Shown here piece by piece: positions 63,379-64,000 of a DNA stretch of 64,000 nt. The notes below the pieces were generated by a model. It did not search any database and was not told where the DNA came from. It saw only the letters and a program-made list of their open reading frames with translations. The stretch lies in NCBI GenBank assembly GCA_965197745.1, contig CBDANS010000006.1, forward strand, positions 640,001 to 704,000, given 5' to 3'. The position numbers and the translations under genes are program-made. Origin of the DNA: Opitutales bacterium (GTDB taxonomy: Bacteria; Verrucomicrobiota; Verrucomicrobiia; Opitutales; PNEW01). Each line of letters starts with the position of its first letter. Position 1 is the stretch's first letter.

Positions 63379-64000
63379 ATGGCTGACCCAATAATAACGA
63401 GCTTGGAGATTCATCAATATGAATACTCGCTGAATGATTTAGGTAAAGATTACAATGGCTTTAACCTCGTTTACACCCCGGGTAATTCCCTGAAAATGGG
63501 CGGATGTGTCATCCGGATTCTAACCGATAAGGGAATTACAGGTGAGTATGCTACGGGTAACTATGCGGACTTATCAACCATACCCATGTTCTGGCACTAC
63601 TTGAAAGGGAAGCCTGCGCTCCAGCGCGAGCGTATTTATGACGATGTCAAAAGAGCTTTACGTCAAATGGCAAGAATGGGTCTTGCCCAGGTTGACAATG
63701 CCCTATGGGACATCGCAGGGAAATACTACAACGCTCCGGTTTATGAACTATTAGGTGGCTATAAAACGAGCTTACCCTGTTATGCCAGCACCTATCACGG
63801 TGATGAAAACGGTGGCTTGGACTGCCCTGAAGCATTTGCGGAATTCGCGGTCAGGTGCAAAGAGATCGGCTACCCTGCTTTTAAAATTCACGGTTGGGGG
63901 AATGCCCCGGTAAAAAAGGAAATTGCCAATGTTCTCGCCGTTCGCGAAGCGGTGGGGGCCGATATGGATTTAATGATGGACCCGGCATGTGAGCTTACCA
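63379..64000 (+). CDS. Mandelate racemase/muconate lactonizing enzyme (enolase superfamily) protein, 3' end off window
   Basis: Own translation from ATG 63379: VDNALWDIAGK...PVYELLGG, FKIH, LMMD; open to the window end. Confidence 0.9.
   Translation, partial: MADPIITSLEIHQYEYSLNDLGKDYNGFNLVYTPGNSLKMGGCVIRILTDKGITGEYATGNYADLSTIPMFWHYLKGKPALQRERIYDDVKRALRQMARMGLAQVDNALWDIAGKYYNAPVYELLGGYKTSLPCYASTYHGDENGGLDCPEAFAEFAVRCKEIGYPAFKIHGWGNAPVKKEIANVLAVREAVGADMDLMMDPACELT

Overview
Bacterial accessory and catabolic region, probably from a Verrucomicrobiota (Opitutales-like) genome. This is inferred from a DUF5069-like gene, a PadR plus duplicated orphan ABC permease pair, and a C-terminal module I recognise from Opitutaceae secreted proteins. 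Three secreted proteins share a ~370-aa Ig plus conserved C-terminal module but carry different N-terminal cargos. Also present: Sel1-repeat proteins, a degenerate PilT-like ATPase, an IS1595 with a passenger gene, and a ~20-kb stretch of decayed IS3 elements with truncated genes and a terminase/serine-recombinase remnant. Integron-cassette-like genes include a TIR-domain plus 4-TM pair ending in an attC-like site. The right part has two orphan family-5 solute-binding proteins, malate synthase and a corrinoid-dependent methyltransferase operon. The most unusual signal is two families of ~20-40 bp structured micro-insertions with covarying hairpins. They sit inside IS3 transposase genes (frameshifting them at conserved codons), MITEs and REP-like palindromes. 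Several single-base homopolymer frameshifts look like long-read sequencing errors. No rRNA, tRNA or CRISPR array was seen.
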